From contig JAUSAB010000023.1 of the NCBI GenBank assembly GCA_030653035.1, positions 4,282 to 68,281 on the forward strand: a DNA stretch of 64,000 bases, in the 5' to 3' direction. Source of the DNA: Desulfocapsaceae bacterium (GTDB lineage Bacteria; Desulfobacterota; Desulfobulbia; Desulfobulbales; Desulfocapsaceae). Of this stretch, positions 9,660 to 20,900 are shown piece by piece. The position numbers and the translations under genes were made by a program. The notes below the pieces were generated by a model that had not been told where the DNA came from, searched no databases, and saw only the letters and a program-made list of their open reading frames with translations. The first letter of the stretch is position 1; each line of letters opens with the position of its first letter.

Positions 9660-12056
9660 TTATTTATTTTCCAGTTTTTGTGCCCGTCCGAAGGCAATTT
9701 TTACCACCTCGTCCATGTCCTTGACCGGGAAGAACTGCATCTTTTCCCGGATATCTTTGGGAATATCGGCAAGATCTTTTTTGTTCTGCTCGGGGATGAT
9801 CACCTTGTTGATATTGGCGCGTAGAGCAGCCAGGGCCTTCTCTTTCAGGCCGCCGATAGGCAGAACCCGACCTCGCAAGGTTACCTCACCGGTCATGGCC
9901 AGACCTTTGATCAGTTCTTGCTTGGTTATGGCCGAATAAATGGCGGTGGCCATGGTAATGCCGGCCGATGGCCCATCTTTAGGGATGGCGCCGGCCGGGA
10001 CATGGACATGGATATCGGTTTTTTCAAAAAAGCTGTCTTCCACCCCCATTTCTTGAGAGCGGCTGCGGCAATAGGTGAGCGCGGCCTGAACCGATTCTTT
10101 CATCACATCGCCAAGCTGACCGGTAAGGGTCAGAGTACCCTTGCCCGGCATGAGATTGACCTCGATATGGAGGATCTCGCCACCTACCTCGGTCCAGGCC
10201 AGTCCCGTGACCAGACCTGGCTGTGACAGGCTGTCCAGCTCGGACTCAGGGATATTTTTTGGTGGGCCCAGATAGCGGTCAATGGTGGCGATGGTGATGC
10301 TGTACGGCCCTTTGCCGCCTTCGGCGATTTTCCGGGCCACCTTCCGGCAGACCTTGCCGATTTCGCGTTCGAGATTGCGCAGGCCGGCCTCGTAGGTGTA
10401 ATGGCTGATAATATATTGCAGGGTATCATCCTGCAGGCGGATATGACTGGCCTTGATGCCGTTTTCCTTCAATTGCCGCGGCAGCAGATAGCGCTTGGCG
10501 ATGGCCAGTTTTTCTTCCTGGGTATAGCCGGACAGCCGGATCACCTCCATCCTGTCCAAGAGCGGGCCGGGGATGGTGTCGGTCATATTGGCGGTGGTGA
10601 TAAACATGACCTTGGACAGATCAAAGGGCATGTTCATATAGTGGTCGGTGAACTCGAAATTCTGCTCCGGGTCCAAGACCTCAAGCAGAGCGGAGGAGGG
10701 ATCGCCGCGGTAATCGGAGCCGATCTTGTCGATTTCATCCATCATGAAGATCGGATTATTGGAATCGACCAGTTTCAATCCCTGGATGATCCGTCCCGGC
10801 ATGGCTCCGATATAGGTGCGACGATGGCCGCGGATCTCGGCCTCATCGCGCATCCCGCCCAGCGACATCCGGTGGAACTTGCGGCCCATGGCCCGGGCAA
10901 TGGACTTGCCGAGTGAGGTTTTACCCACGCCTGGAGGCCCTACAAAACAAAGGATCGGCCCCTTGGTGGTGGTGTTGAGTTTGCGCACGGCCAGATATTC
11001 AAGGATGCGTTCCTTGACCTTCTCCAGGCCATGATGATCCTCGTCCAGAACCTCTCTGGCGGCCACGAGATCAAGATGATCCTTGGTGGATTTCCGCCAG
11101 GGCACATCAAGGATCCAGTCAATGTAGGTGCGGATAATGGTGGCCTCAGAGGAATCAGGATGCATCATTTCCATGCGACTGATCTGTTTTTCACCCTCTT
11201 TCCGTACGGTCTTGGGCATCTTCTTTTTTTTGAGCATCTTGTAAAGATCTTCAATCTCCTGCACCCGTTCGTCGCCGTCACCCAACTCTTTTTGCAGGGC
11301 ATGGAGCTGCTCGCGCAGATAATATTCCCGCTGGGATTTTCCCATCTCCTCCTTGGCGTCAGATTGGATTTTGGCCTGAACGGTCGTGACCTCAAGTTCT
11401 TTGGTTAGCAGGGTGTTGACGAGTTTCAAACGGGCTACAGCGTCTACCTCTTCGAGAATGGACTGTGATTCCGCAACCTTCAATCGAAGATTGGAACCCA
11501 CCAGATCCGCCAGTCGTCCCGGTTCTTCGATGTTGTTGATGATGGTCATCAGGTCGGCCGAAAGAATCCCCCGCAGGGACATGATCTTTTCCGTTTGTTC
11601 ACGCACGGTGCGGATCAGGGCCTCAATCTTGACCGTGATTTTTTCAGGTTCGATCTCCTGCAGCACGTCGATCTTCACCTGATAAAAAGGTTCTTTCTGC
11701 ACATATTCCTGGATGCGGGCCTTGGAAACTGCCTGCACCAGCACCTTTAAACGGCCATCGGGCAGCTTCAGGGTGCGCATGACCATGCAGACCATGCCTA
11801 CTGAGTACAGGTCATCAGATGCGGGATTGTCCTGGGTCGAATCTTTTTGGGTGACCAGCATTAACAGCTTGTCTTTCTTCAGCGCTTCGCCCACGGCCTC
11901 AACTGAGCCAGGACGGCCGACAAAAAGGGGAATGATCATATAATTAAAGATGACCACATCCCGGACTGCCATCATCGGCAGGGTATCCGGGATCTTCATA
12001 TTTTCACTGTCGGAAAAATCATCCATGCCAATGGATAATGAATCATTAAATTCCAC
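9660..12056 (-). CDS. lon: ATP-dependent Lon protease
   Basis: LON N-domain, Walker [16 protein letters not shown], Walker B FMMDEIDK, protease motif [14 protein letters not shown]. Start placed at GTG 12056, preceded by AGGAGG-TTTGC. The track ORF continues to 12161, and ATG 12026 is an alternative start. Confidence 0.95.
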   Translation of the reverse strand: MEFNDSLSIGMDDFSDSENMKIPDTLPMMAVRDVVIFNYMIIPLFVGRPGSVEAVGEALKKDKLLMLVTQKDSTQDNPASDDLYSVGMVCMVMRTLKLPDGRLKVLVQAVSKARIQEYVQKEPFYQVKIDVLQEIEPEKITVKIEALIRTVREQTEKIMSLRGILSADLMTIINNIEEPGRLADLVGSNLRLKVAESQSILEEVDAVARLKLVNTLLTKELEVTTVQAKIQSDAKEEMGKSQREYYLREQLHALQKELGDGDERVQEIEDLYKMLKKKKMPKTVRKEGEKQISRMEMMHPDSSEATIIRTYIDWILDVPWRKSTKDHLDLVAAREVLDEDHHGLEKVKERILEYLAVRKLNTTTKGPILCFVGPPGVGKTSLGKSIARAMGRKFHRMSLGGMRDEAEIRGHRRTYIGAMPGRIIQGLKLVDSNNPIFMMDEIDKIGSDYRGDPSSALLEVLDPEQNFEFTDHYMNMPFDLSKVMFITTANMTDTIPGPLLDRMEVIRLSGYTQEEKLAIAKRYLLPRQLKENGIKASHIRLQDDTLQYIISHYTYEAGLRNLEREIGKVCRKVARKIAEGGKGPYSITIATIDRYLGPPKNIPESELDSLSQPGLVTGLAWTEVGGEILHIEVNLMPGKGTLTLTGQLGDVMKESVQAALTYCRSRSQEMGVEDSFFEKTDIHVHVPAGAIPKDGPSAGITMATAIYSAITKQELIKGLAMTGEVTLRGRVLPIGGLKEKALAALRANINKVIIPEQNKKDLADIPKDIREKMQFFPVKDMDEVVKIAFGRAQKLENK

Positions 12057-12410
12057 GCAAACCTCCTGATCCAGCGTAACTGGATAAGTGACTTTTATTG
12101 AGTTCGGGAGTTGCTCCCGGTAATTTCTTTGTGATTGAGCGGGTCTCACAGAAACCATCAAAACAGCCGAAAAACCTAAACATTTCTTTGGTCGAAGTCA
12201 AGACTGCAAATGCGGAAGGAACAAGGTAAAGGATGAAAGTTGCAGGAGCAAAGGTGAAAGTTCCTGTTTTTTCTTGAATTAACGGATTCTTTCAATCATA
12301 TTTATTTGTCATTATTTATTGACACACTTGTTGGTTTAATGGTGTTTGTGGTGTATCTCTGTTTTTGCTGCTCTTTCAGTTGAACTTTTTCTTTTTTGTG
12401 GAGTCCAGTC

Positions 12411-13211
12411 ATGTTTAGCCCGCGCTCTTTTTTTGATCTCTCTGAGTTTTCGCATGCCTCACTTTTCCTCGATCAGGAGTATGTCTGGATGGCCCTGGCC
12501 AGATTGAAAGGGTATATGGATGGATATCTGTATCCACAACTCAAAAGTCCCCTGCTTCCGGAAGCTGAACCCTTGACCAGGACGGTTGTCCTGTATAACG
12601 GGCAGATTCTTTCGGCAACAGGATTAACCATTTCTTATGGCGATACCACTAAAGAGCAACTGCGGGTGAGCGCGGAAGACCGCGTGCTTAGCGGTGCCAC
12701 TGTGATCATGGCCGGGGCCGTACTCATGGGCAGTCAGATAGCTATAGGAAAGGGAGTGCTGATTGAGAGCGGGGCCCTGATCAAATCGCCCGCCATTATT
12801 GGCGACTATACCGAGATTCGTCAGGGGGCCTATCTGCGCGGCTATTGCCTGACCGGGACCCATTGCGTTATTGGTCACACCACCGAGGTGAAGCACTCCA
12901 TCTTCCTTGGGTCTGCCAAGGCCGGTCATTTTGCCTATCTTGGCGACTCCATCCTCGGTCGGGATGTCAATCTGGGGGCGGGCACCAAGTTTGCCAATCT
13001 CCGGTTTCTGCCTGGCAATGTTGCGATACGTACCAGTGACGGGTTGATTGATACCGGTCGCCGCAAGTTTGGTGCTATCCTTGGAGACAAGGCCCAGACG
13101 GGCTGCAACTCCGTGACCAATCCCGGTACTCTGATCGGCAAGGAAGGTATTTTGATGCCCAACACCACTGCCCCATCCGGTTTTCACCCGCCCCGCACTA
13201 TTCTGCGTTGA
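12411..13211 (+). CDS. Left-handed beta-helix (hexapeptide-repeat) transferase-like protein
   Basis: The C-terminal two-thirds consists of hexapeptide repeats ([LIV]G..xx pattern: IGKGVLIESGALIKSPAIIGDYTEIRQGAYL...IGHTTEVKHSIF...LGDSILGRDVNLGAGT). ATG 12411 is preferred over the upstream TTG. Confidence 0.65.
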   Translation: MFSPRSFFDLSEFSHASLFLDQEYVWMALARLKGYMDGYLYPQLKSPLLPEAEPLTRTVVLYNGQILSATGLTISYGDTTKEQLRVSAEDRVLSGATVIMAGAVLMGSQIAIGKGVLIESGALIKSPAIIGDYTEIRQGAYLRGYCLTGTHCVIGHTTEVKHSIFLGSAKAGHFAYLGDSILGRDVNLGAGTKFANLRFLPGNVAIRTSDGLIDTGRRKFGAILGDKAQTGCNSVTNPGTLIGKEGILMPNTTAPSGFHPPRTILR

Positions 13212-13248
13212 TTCATTGGTCCAAAGGCTGATGTTCCGATTATTCAGA

Positions 13249-15525
13249 TCAACTGGTGAGGATCCGGTAAATTTCCGGCACCCGCAGCGGTAGGTTTTTT
13301 ACATCATTGATAAAGGTGTAGTTGATCTCGCCAAAGAGATGGCCCAGGTAATCCTGGGCCTCCTTGTCAATGGAAATGCAGAACGGATGAATGCCGGCAG
13401 CCTTGGCCTCTATCAGGGCATGGCGGGTATCTTCGATGGCGTATTCCCCTTTATAGTCATCATAATCTTCCGGTTTGCCGTCAGTCAAAATAATCAACAG
13501 CCGGGCCCGGGCATCAACATCCTTGAGAACCTTGGTGAAATGGCGGATGGGAGGTCCCATGCGCGTATAATCCATGGGAGATATCGCGGCAATACGTCCT
13601 TTAATCTCTTCCGAATAGGGTTCGGTAAAATCCTTTACATGGAAGATTTCGCTTCGGCTTCGGCGCATTCCGGAAAAACCGTAGATGGCATAGCGGTCGC
13701 CTAAAGAATGCAGGGCTTCACTGAGAAGAACCAGTGATTCTTTCAGGGCTGTGCCTACCCATCCCTCGGTGGAAGAGGACATGTCAACGAGAAAAAGAGC
13801 GGCGATGTCACGCTCGTCTCTCTGCAGCCGGACAAAAAGCCGCTCCGAGGGGACGAGTCCGGCCCGGACATCGGCGTACGCTTCCGTCAGGGCGTCAAGA
13901 TCGATATCGTCCCCGTCTTTCTGGCGTTTCATGAAACGCTGCTGGGTTTGCATCATCTCAAACTGGCGTTTCAGCTGGAGGATCTGGCCCCGGTATTTTT
14001 CCATGGTATTGCTGACAAAGGTCGCTCTGGCAGGAGTGATTCGTTTTTCAATGAGCGTGCACCAGCTTTTACGAAAACCGCGGCGCCGAAAATCCCATTC
14101 ATCGTAGAGCAGCCCTCCCTGCAGGGGCAGCCCTTCTTCCGGTTCAATACTCTTTCCCGGGGCCCTGCCCCTTCCCCCGGCTATCTGGCTGGCGCTGGCT
14201 ATGTAGAATGAAGGCACTTCTCCCAGATCATCTTCTATCTCTCTGGCAATATGGCGCAGCTCTTCTGGCAGTCCCAGCTGCTCATCATCCAGGCAGATAT
14301 AATGGGGGTCATTTTCCTTGTCCGTCGCCGGTTTTTCTTTTTTGCCATCCTGGCGCATTGGTGACAGGATGGCCCCGTTTTCACTGACACTGGGGGCCTG
14401 ATTCTTTTCTTCCGGCTCCGTATCCTTTTGTCCTGCGGTTGACTGAGGAGGGATAGCAGCGGCCATGGCCTTGATAAACTGCTGTTTGTGCTCTTGTCTT
14501 CTCGACAAACGGGCAAGTCTGGCTTCCCGGGGACGGAGATCTCCCTGAAAAAACAGCGGCCTGGGCAGGGGGAATCCTCCCTGCCGACAACGCATGCTCT
14601 CATAGAAGCTTGTTGTGGCGGTAAACACCTCCTTATAATGAGTGTCTGCGGCCAGAACTTTCCGGATCATTGATTCTGTCTCCCCGGAAAGTTCCGGTAA
14701 GGGATCATCGGCACAAAGGGCGAGAAGCCATGAGCGCACGGTTGTAAAATCGTCCCCTGCCCCTGGTGAAATATCCGCCAGGCCGATATCCTTGCGCAAG
14801 CGTCTGAATAAGGTCTGGCCGTCCCGCATCAGTCCCGGCAAGTATGCTTTAAGGAAATCAGCCACGCGGACCGTCTGCAGCAGATGGTAGCATGCCATTA
14901 CCAGTTGCTGATCCTCAAAGGAGAGAAAAAAACTCTCCAGAGTTTCCGGATCCGTCTGCTGCTGGCAGTAAATATCTTTCTCAATGCCTGCCCACAGGAA
15001 AGAGGCCAGCAGTTTATAGATATAAAAATTGTGACTCAGATTGACAGGGGCAATAATTTCCAGGGGTAGAAAAAGAATATTGGTATCGGTATACAAAGAT
15101 GCTGAGGGCTGAAGATCCAGTGTCCTCCGTGAAAGTCCTCGGATATAGGGCAGAAGTCTGGGGATGATTTCAGCCAGGGTAAGCCCTTTTTCCCCTCTGA
15201 TGCTACACAGGAAATTGCTCTCCACATCATCAATGTACCGACGGGCTGCCTGCAGGCCATCAGCCTCATAGACCTCAAGTATCCCTTTTACCCAGTCGGG
15301 CAGCTGCTCCGTGCTCAGGCAGGCCAGGCCGTTCTTGAGATGACCAAGAAAATCAAAACAGAGCGCCGAACTTATCGGCCAGATAATGCCAAGCTGTTCT
15401 ATGACCGCTTTTTCGACCAGGGGTTCATAGCGGGCCAGATGAGAGAAAATCTCATCCCGCTCCCAGTCATTCAGCCAGTCAACAGGGATGACCTGCTGCA
15501 GTCTTGCCGCTAATCCGCTTGCCAT
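13249..15525 (-). CDS. VWA-domain protein of the CbbO/NorD type
   Basis: 758 aa. C-terminal von Willebrand A domain with MIDAS DxSxS (LVDMSSSTEGW) and ...ILTDGKPEDYD. It lies immediately downstream of a CbbQ/NorQ ATPase gene. Confidence 0.8.
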   Translation of the reverse strand: MASGLAARLQQVIPVDWLNDWERDEIFSHLARYEPLVEKAVIEQLGIIWPISSALCFDFLGHLKNGLACLSTEQLPDWVKGILEVYEADGLQAARRYIDDVESNFLCSIRGEKGLTLAEIIPRLLPYIRGLSRRTLDLQPSASLYTDTNILFLPLEIIAPVNLSHNFYIYKLLASFLWAGIEKDIYCQQQTDPETLESFFLSFEDQQLVMACYHLLQTVRVADFLKAYLPGLMRDGQTLFRRLRKDIGLADISPGAGDDFTTVRSWLLALCADDPLPELSGETESMIRKVLAADTHYKEVFTATTSFYESMRCRQGGFPLPRPLFFQGDLRPREARLARLSRRQEHKQQFIKAMAAAIPPQSTAGQKDTEPEEKNQAPSVSENGAILSPMRQDGKKEKPATDKENDPHYICLDDEQLGLPEELRHIAREIEDDLGEVPSFYIASASQIAGGRGRAPGKSIEPEEGLPLQGGLLYDEWDFRRRGFRKSWCTLIEKRITPARATFVSNTMEKYRGQILQLKRQFEMMQTQQRFMKRQKDGDDIDLDALTEAYADVRAGLVPSERLFVRLQRDERDIAALFLVDMSSSTEGWVGTALKESLVLLSEALHSLGDRYAIYGFSGMRRSRSEIFHVKDFTEPYSEEIKGRIAAISPMDYTRMGPPIRHFTKVLKDVDARARLLIILTDGKPEDYDDYKGEYAIEDTRHALIEAKAAGIHPFCISIDKEAQDYLGHLFGEINYTFINDVKNLPLRVPEIYRILTS

Positions 15526-15534
15526 GGTCTCGCC

Positions 15535-16359
15535 TTAGAGAACCGAACTGACCATCTCATCGATCGCATAGAGCAGCTCCCGGTCATCGGTCAGGGCCTG
15601 GGTGATGGTCACCCGACAGGCCTCCCTTGGTGGGATGCCATCCTTGATCAGCAGCCCGGCGTGCACCAGAAGCCGTGTGCTTGCTCCCTCCTGCAGGCCT
15701 GCATCTTTGAGACCTCGTGTCATCTCTGCGATACGGACAAGCAGCCGGGCCAGCTTTTCGTCTATGCCTGATTCATGGCTGACAATCTCTGCTTCCAGTT
15801 CGGCATTGGGGTAGCCAAGCTCAAGAGCGATAAACCGCTGCCGGGTTGATTGTTTCATATCTTTTAAAATCGACTGATATCCTGGATTGTATGACACTGC
15901 CAGCATGAATTCCGGCGGTGCAGTGAGCAGTTCGCCTCGTTTTTCAATGGCCAGTTCCCGTCGGTCATCAGCCAGGGGGTGAATCACCACCGTTGTGTCT
16001 TTTCTTGCCTCAACCACCTCGTCAAGGTAACAAATGGCTCCATGCCGGACCGCCAGGGTCATGGGGCCGTCCATCCAAACTGTTTCGCCGCCGCGGATCA
16101 GATAGCGCCCGACCAGATCACTGGTTGACAGGTCATCGTGGCAGGAGACGGTGATAAGCGGTCTTTGCAGTTTCCAGGCCAGAAACTGCATAAAGCGGCT
16201 TTTACCGCTGCCGGTCGGGCCTTTGAGAAGAAGAGGAATGCCGTTTTTATAGGCGGCCTCGGCGATTGTCAGCTCATTCTTCTGCGGTAAATAAAAGGGC
16301 TTTTCATGAATTAGGTGTTCTTCTATTTTCTGACCAGTGATCTGCATAATCTCCACCAT
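15535..16359 (-). CDS. MoxR-class AAA+ ATPase, CbbQ/NirQ/NorQ family
   Basis: Walker A LKGPTGSGKS, Walker B ICYLDEV, SYNPGYQ and ...ASTRLLV motifs. Size (~270 aa) and pairing with the VWA protein fit the family. Confidence 0.85.
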   Translation of the reverse strand: MVEIMQITGQKIEEHLIHEKPFYLPQKNELTIAEAAYKNGIPLLLKGPTGSGKSRFMQFLAWKLQRPLITVSCHDDLSTSDLVGRYLIRGGETVWMDGPMTLAVRHGAICYLDEVVEARKDTTVVIHPLADDRRELAIEKRGELLTAPPEFMLAVSYNPGYQSILKDMKQSTRQRFIALELGYPNAELEAEIVSHESGIDEKLARLLVRIAEMTRGLKDAGLQEGASTRLLVHAGLLIKDGIPPREACRVTITQALTDDRELLYAIDEMVSSVL

Positions 16360-16812
16360 TGAGACGTCTTATAAAGCTCTTGCAACACGATCCAATAATC
16401 TTTTCTTGGTAACATGTTGTAATAATTTGTCTGCATGGCATTTCATGATGTTGTTTGGTTGTTGATACAACAAAAAATAAGGAGAATGCCAATGAAACTT
16501 AAAGAGAAAGTAAGCATGGTTGCTGGTTCGTGTCCAAAGAAGTTTGTTCCCCTCCTGTTTTAACGTATACGTTGAATATTGCATAAGATCATTTCTAGGA
16601 GATTATGGGACTATTGTTGTATCTCGTTGAAAATTTAGCTTGTTTCCGGTAGGTTAATCTTTGCTTTGATATGATACCTTTTTTAGTTTGAATGGTTTGA
16701 TGAACCTCGAATTTTTTAAAATGAAAATGGTCTGTTAACTGCCTTTGTGCAGAAGTCACTCACGATATTATCTTCTATCAATACTTAAAGACCAGCGTCC
16801 GAGGGATTCGTC

Positions 16813-17985
16813 ATGTTTCACCGCAATTTCCCCTGCTTGCTCATTTGTATACTCCTGCTTTTAGTACTTCCTGCCTGTTCTCCCGGAAAGAAAGCAAAGG
16901 CTAAATCTCAGTCGCCAGCCTTGGTGGTGACCGCTGTTGCCCAGCAACAGGATGTGCCGATTGAAATCAAGACCTTCGGCACCATGGAGGCATCGGAGAG
17001 TGTTATTGTCAAGCCTATGCTGAGTGGTGAGTTGACCGCGGTTGCTTTCCGGGAAGGGCAGGATGTCAGCAAGGGGGCGTTGCTCTTTGAGATCGACCCC
17101 CGGCCTTATCAGGCGGCCTTGAATAAGGTTCGGGCTTCCCTGGAGCGAAATCGGGTTGTCATGAATAATGCCCGTAAGGATTATGAGCGTTATGCGCCAC
17201 TGGCCAAGGAGGGTATTGTCAGTCAGGAGCAGGCCGAGGGGTATCGAACCCGGGCTGAAACGGCGGCGGCTGATTTAGCGGCTGATCAGGCAACAGTGGA
17301 AAATGCCCAGACCCAGCTTTCCTATTGCACCATTACCGCACCCATCAGTGGCCGGCTGGGGACGCTGGCTGTGGATCAGGGGAATGTGGTCAAGGCCAAC
17401 GAGACTGCACTGGTCACCATCAATAAGCTGATACCTATTCGCGCCACCTTTACCATCTCGGAGCAAAGCCTCTCTTTGCTCCGGCAGCGGCTGGCTGCCG
17501 GGGAGATAACAGTGGAGGCCGAGGTGTCGGGGGTGGCTGGGTTTACTGAAAAAGGGGTGGTGTCCTTTCTTGACAATGCGGTTGACCCCGCCACCGGCAC
17601 TATTCGCCTGAAAGGACAATTTGCTAATGAGCAGAAACGGTTGTGGCCCGGTCAGTTTGTCACCCTCTCTCTTGTCCTGGATGTCAGGAAACAGGCGGTT
17701 GTCGTTCCTACCCAGGCGGTGCAGACAGGTCAGAAAGGGGTGTTTGTTTTTGTGGTCAAGCCGGATGGTATCGCGGAAGTCCGACCAGTGGTCCCTGGTC
17801 CGGCCTACGAGGCAATAACAGTGATCGATAGCGGACTGGATGCTGGAGAGCAGGTCGTCATTGACGGCCAGATGCGGGTCGTCCCCGGCTCCAAGGTAGA
17901 GATCAAGGCGGCAAATAAAGAAGAGAAGGATGTAAAGGATAAACCGACAGAAGCAGCAACGCCGGGAGTGGTGTCTGGACGATGA
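16813..17985 (+). CDS. RND efflux periplasmic adaptor (membrane fusion protein)
   Basis: Lipobox LVLPAC, then the typical MFP layout (alpha-hairpin with QAALNKVRASLERN..., lipoyl/beta-barrel motifs YCTITAPISGRLG). It overlaps the next gene by 4 nt. Confidence 0.9.
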   Translation: MFHRNFPCLLICILLLLVLPACSPGKKAKAKSQSPALVVTAVAQQQDVPIEIKTFGTMEASESVIVKPMLSGELTAVAFREGQDVSKGALLFEIDPRPYQAALNKVRASLERNRVVMNNARKDYERYAPLAKEGIVSQEQAEGYRTRAETAAADLAADQATVENAQTQLSYCTITAPISGRLGTLAVDQGNVVKANETALVTINKLIPIRATFTISEQSLSLLRQRLAAGEITVEAEVSGVAGFTEKGVVSFLDNAVDPATGTIRLKGQFANEQKRLWPGQFVTLSLVLDVRKQAVVVPTQAVQTGQKGVFVFVVKPDGIAEVRPVVPGPAYEAITVIDSGLDAGEQVVIDGQMRVVPGSKVEIKAANKEEKDVKDKPTEAATPGVVSGR

Positions 17986-20900
17986 ATATCTCGGAACTGT
18001 TTATTAAACGACCGGTCATGACCAGTCTGGTCATGCTGGCGGTGGTGATCTTTGGTCTTTTCGCCTACCACTTGCTGCCGGTCAACGACCTGCCGAAAAT
18101 TGATTATCCCACCATCCAGGTTACTTCCAACTTGCCGGGGGCCAGCCCGGAAACTATGGCCTCGGCCGTAGCCACGCCCCTGGAGCGGCAGTTTTCGACG
18201 ATTGCCGGTCTTGATTCCATGAACTCCACCAACGGCCAGGGCATATCCATCATTGTTCTTAAATTTACGCTGGAGAAGGATATCGATGCGGCGGCCCAGG
18301 ATGTGCAGGCGGCCATCTCCATGGCGGCCCGCCAGTTGCCTGGGGACATGCCGAATCCGCCGTCTTACAAAAAGGTCAATCCGGCTGATTCGCCCGTTCT
18401 CTATCTGGCCCTCAGTTCCCCGACCTTGCCCCTGTCGCAGATTAACGAATTTGCCGACACCGTTATCTCGCCCCGCATCTCCATGATCAATGGGGTGGCC
18501 CAGGTCATGGTCTACGGCTCACAGAAGTATGCGGTGCGGGTGCAACTCAACCCCCAGGCCCTGACCAGCCGCAAGATCGGGCTGGAGGAGGTTTCGGCGG
18601 CCATCGCCAAATGGAATGTCAATCTGCCCACCGGCGGTCTGCAGGGTGACAAGCAGACCTTTACCCTGCTTGCCAGCGGCCAGCTCTTTAATGCTGAAGC
18701 CTTCAAGTCGATGGTGGTGGCCTTTCGCGGCAATGCCCCGGTCCGCTTGTCCGAGATCGCCACCATCAGTGACAGCGTTGAAAACGACAAGATCGCTGCC
18801 TGGTACAACACCAAGGGGAAGTCAACCCGGGCCATCGTCTTGGCGGTCCAGCGGCAGCCCGGCACCAACACCATCGAGGTGGTGGACCGCATCAAGGCCC
18901 AGATCCCCTCTTTTCGCTCCCAATTGCCGGGGGCAGTCGAGGTTGATGTCCTCTACGACCGTTCCGAGACCATCCGGGCCTCGGTGGCCGATGTCAAGTT
19001 CACCCTGCTGTTGACTATCGGCCTGGTGATTCTGGTTATCTTTCTCTTCCTGCGCAAACTTTCGGCGACGATCATCCCCAGTCTTGCCCTGCCCATTTCC
19101 CTCATCGGCACCTTTGCCGCCATGTACTCACTGGGCTTTTCCGTCAACAACATTACCCTGATGGCCCTGACCTTATCTGTTGGATTTGTGGTCGATGATG
19201 CCATTGTCATGCTGGAGAATATCGTTCGTCACATGGAGGCCGGTGAAGATCCGCATACCGCCTCCTTGCATGGAGCCAAAGAGATTGGATTTACCATTAT
19301 CTCCATGACCATCTCCCTGGTGGCGGTCTTTATCCCGGTGCTGTTCATGTCCGGGATGCTCGGCCGGATGCTGCATGAGTTTGCGGTCACCATCACTGTT
19401 GCCATTCTCATCTCTGGTGTTGTCTCGCTGACCCTGACGCCGATGCTGTGCAGTCGTTTTCTTCGCTCACCGAAAAAGGAGCAGCATGGCCAGCTCTATA
19501 CGGCCATGGAGAATTTTTTTAATGGCTGGCTGCATCTTTATGAGAGGTCATTGTCTGCAGTTCTCAACTATCGCCGCACCACCGTCCTCTTCACCGTGGC
19601 GACCACGGTGATTACGGTCTGGCTCTTTACCCAAATGCCGATGGGGCTGTTGCCGGCCGATGATATCGGGGTCATCCGTGGTACCTCCGAGGGTGCTCAG
19701 GGGGTTTCGTTTGCCGAGATGAAGCGGAACCAGCAGAAATTGGTTGAGATCGTCCTGCAGGAGCCGAATGTGGAGGCCTTCATGTCATCGGTTGGAGCCA
19801 GCGGCACCCGAGTCGGCTCCAACAGCGGCTTCCTCTTTATGAAATTGAAACCGCGGCAGGAGCGCGAGCTGAATGCCGACCAGATTATCCAGAAATTGCG
19901 GCCTAAGCTGATGAGCGTGCCGGGGATCAACCTCTTCATGCAGAATCCTCCTCCCATTCAACTGGATACAACCTCTTCCAAGGCCCAGTATCAGTTCGTG
20001 CTGCAAAGCCCTGATACTGAGGAACTCTATCGCCAGGCCACCGATTTTGAGATGAAGGTCCGGAAGCTGCCGATGCTGCAGGATGTCACCAGCGACCTGC
20101 AGATCAAAAACCCGCAGCTCACCCTCGAGATCGATCGTGACCGGGCGGCGAGCCTGGGGGTGACGGCCCAGCAGATCGAGGATACTCTGTATCTGGCCTA
20201 CGGCACCCGCCAGGTCTCCACCATTTATTCCCCGACCAACCAGTACAAGGTGGTGCTGGAGCTTGATCCCCACTATCAGACAGATCCGGCAATACTTGGG
20301 GCGCTCTTCGTCCGGTCCACCAGCGGCCAGATGGTGCCGCTCTCATCGCTCGGTCAGATGAAACAGGGCTTAGGGCCGCTGTCGGTCAATCACCTGGGTC
20401 AGATCACGGCGGTTACCCTTTCTTTTAATCTCAAACCGGATGTACCGCTGGGGGATGCGGTGAAGGCCATTGAAAAAGAGGCCAAAGAGCTGCCGGCGGT
20501 GATTACCACCGGCTTTCAGGGGACGGCACAGGTCTATCAGCAATCGACCACCGGCCTTGCCCTGCTGCTGATCCTGACCATTCTGGTGATCTATATCATC
20601 CTCGGCATTCTCTATGAGAGCTATATCCATCCGCTGACCATTCTCTCAGGTCTGCCCTCCGCCGGACTCGGGGCCCTGTTGACCCTGCTCCTTTTCGGCA
20701 AAGATCTGAACCTTTATTCCTTTGTCGGCATTATCATGCTGGTAGGGATCGTGAAGAAGAACGCCATTATGATGATCGATTTTGCCCTTGAAATGCAGCG
20801 GCGGGAAGGCTTGACGCCGCTGGAAGCCATATTCCAGGGCTGTCTGGTCCGTTTCCGGCCGATCATGATGACCACCTTTGCGGCGCTGATGGGGACGCTG

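Noticed and set aside
12300-12345. TTGACA followed by TTTAAT upstream of the hexapeptide-transferase gene, considered as a promoter.
   Set aside because: The spacing between the two hexamers is only ~10-11 nt, incompatible with a sigma-70 promoter.
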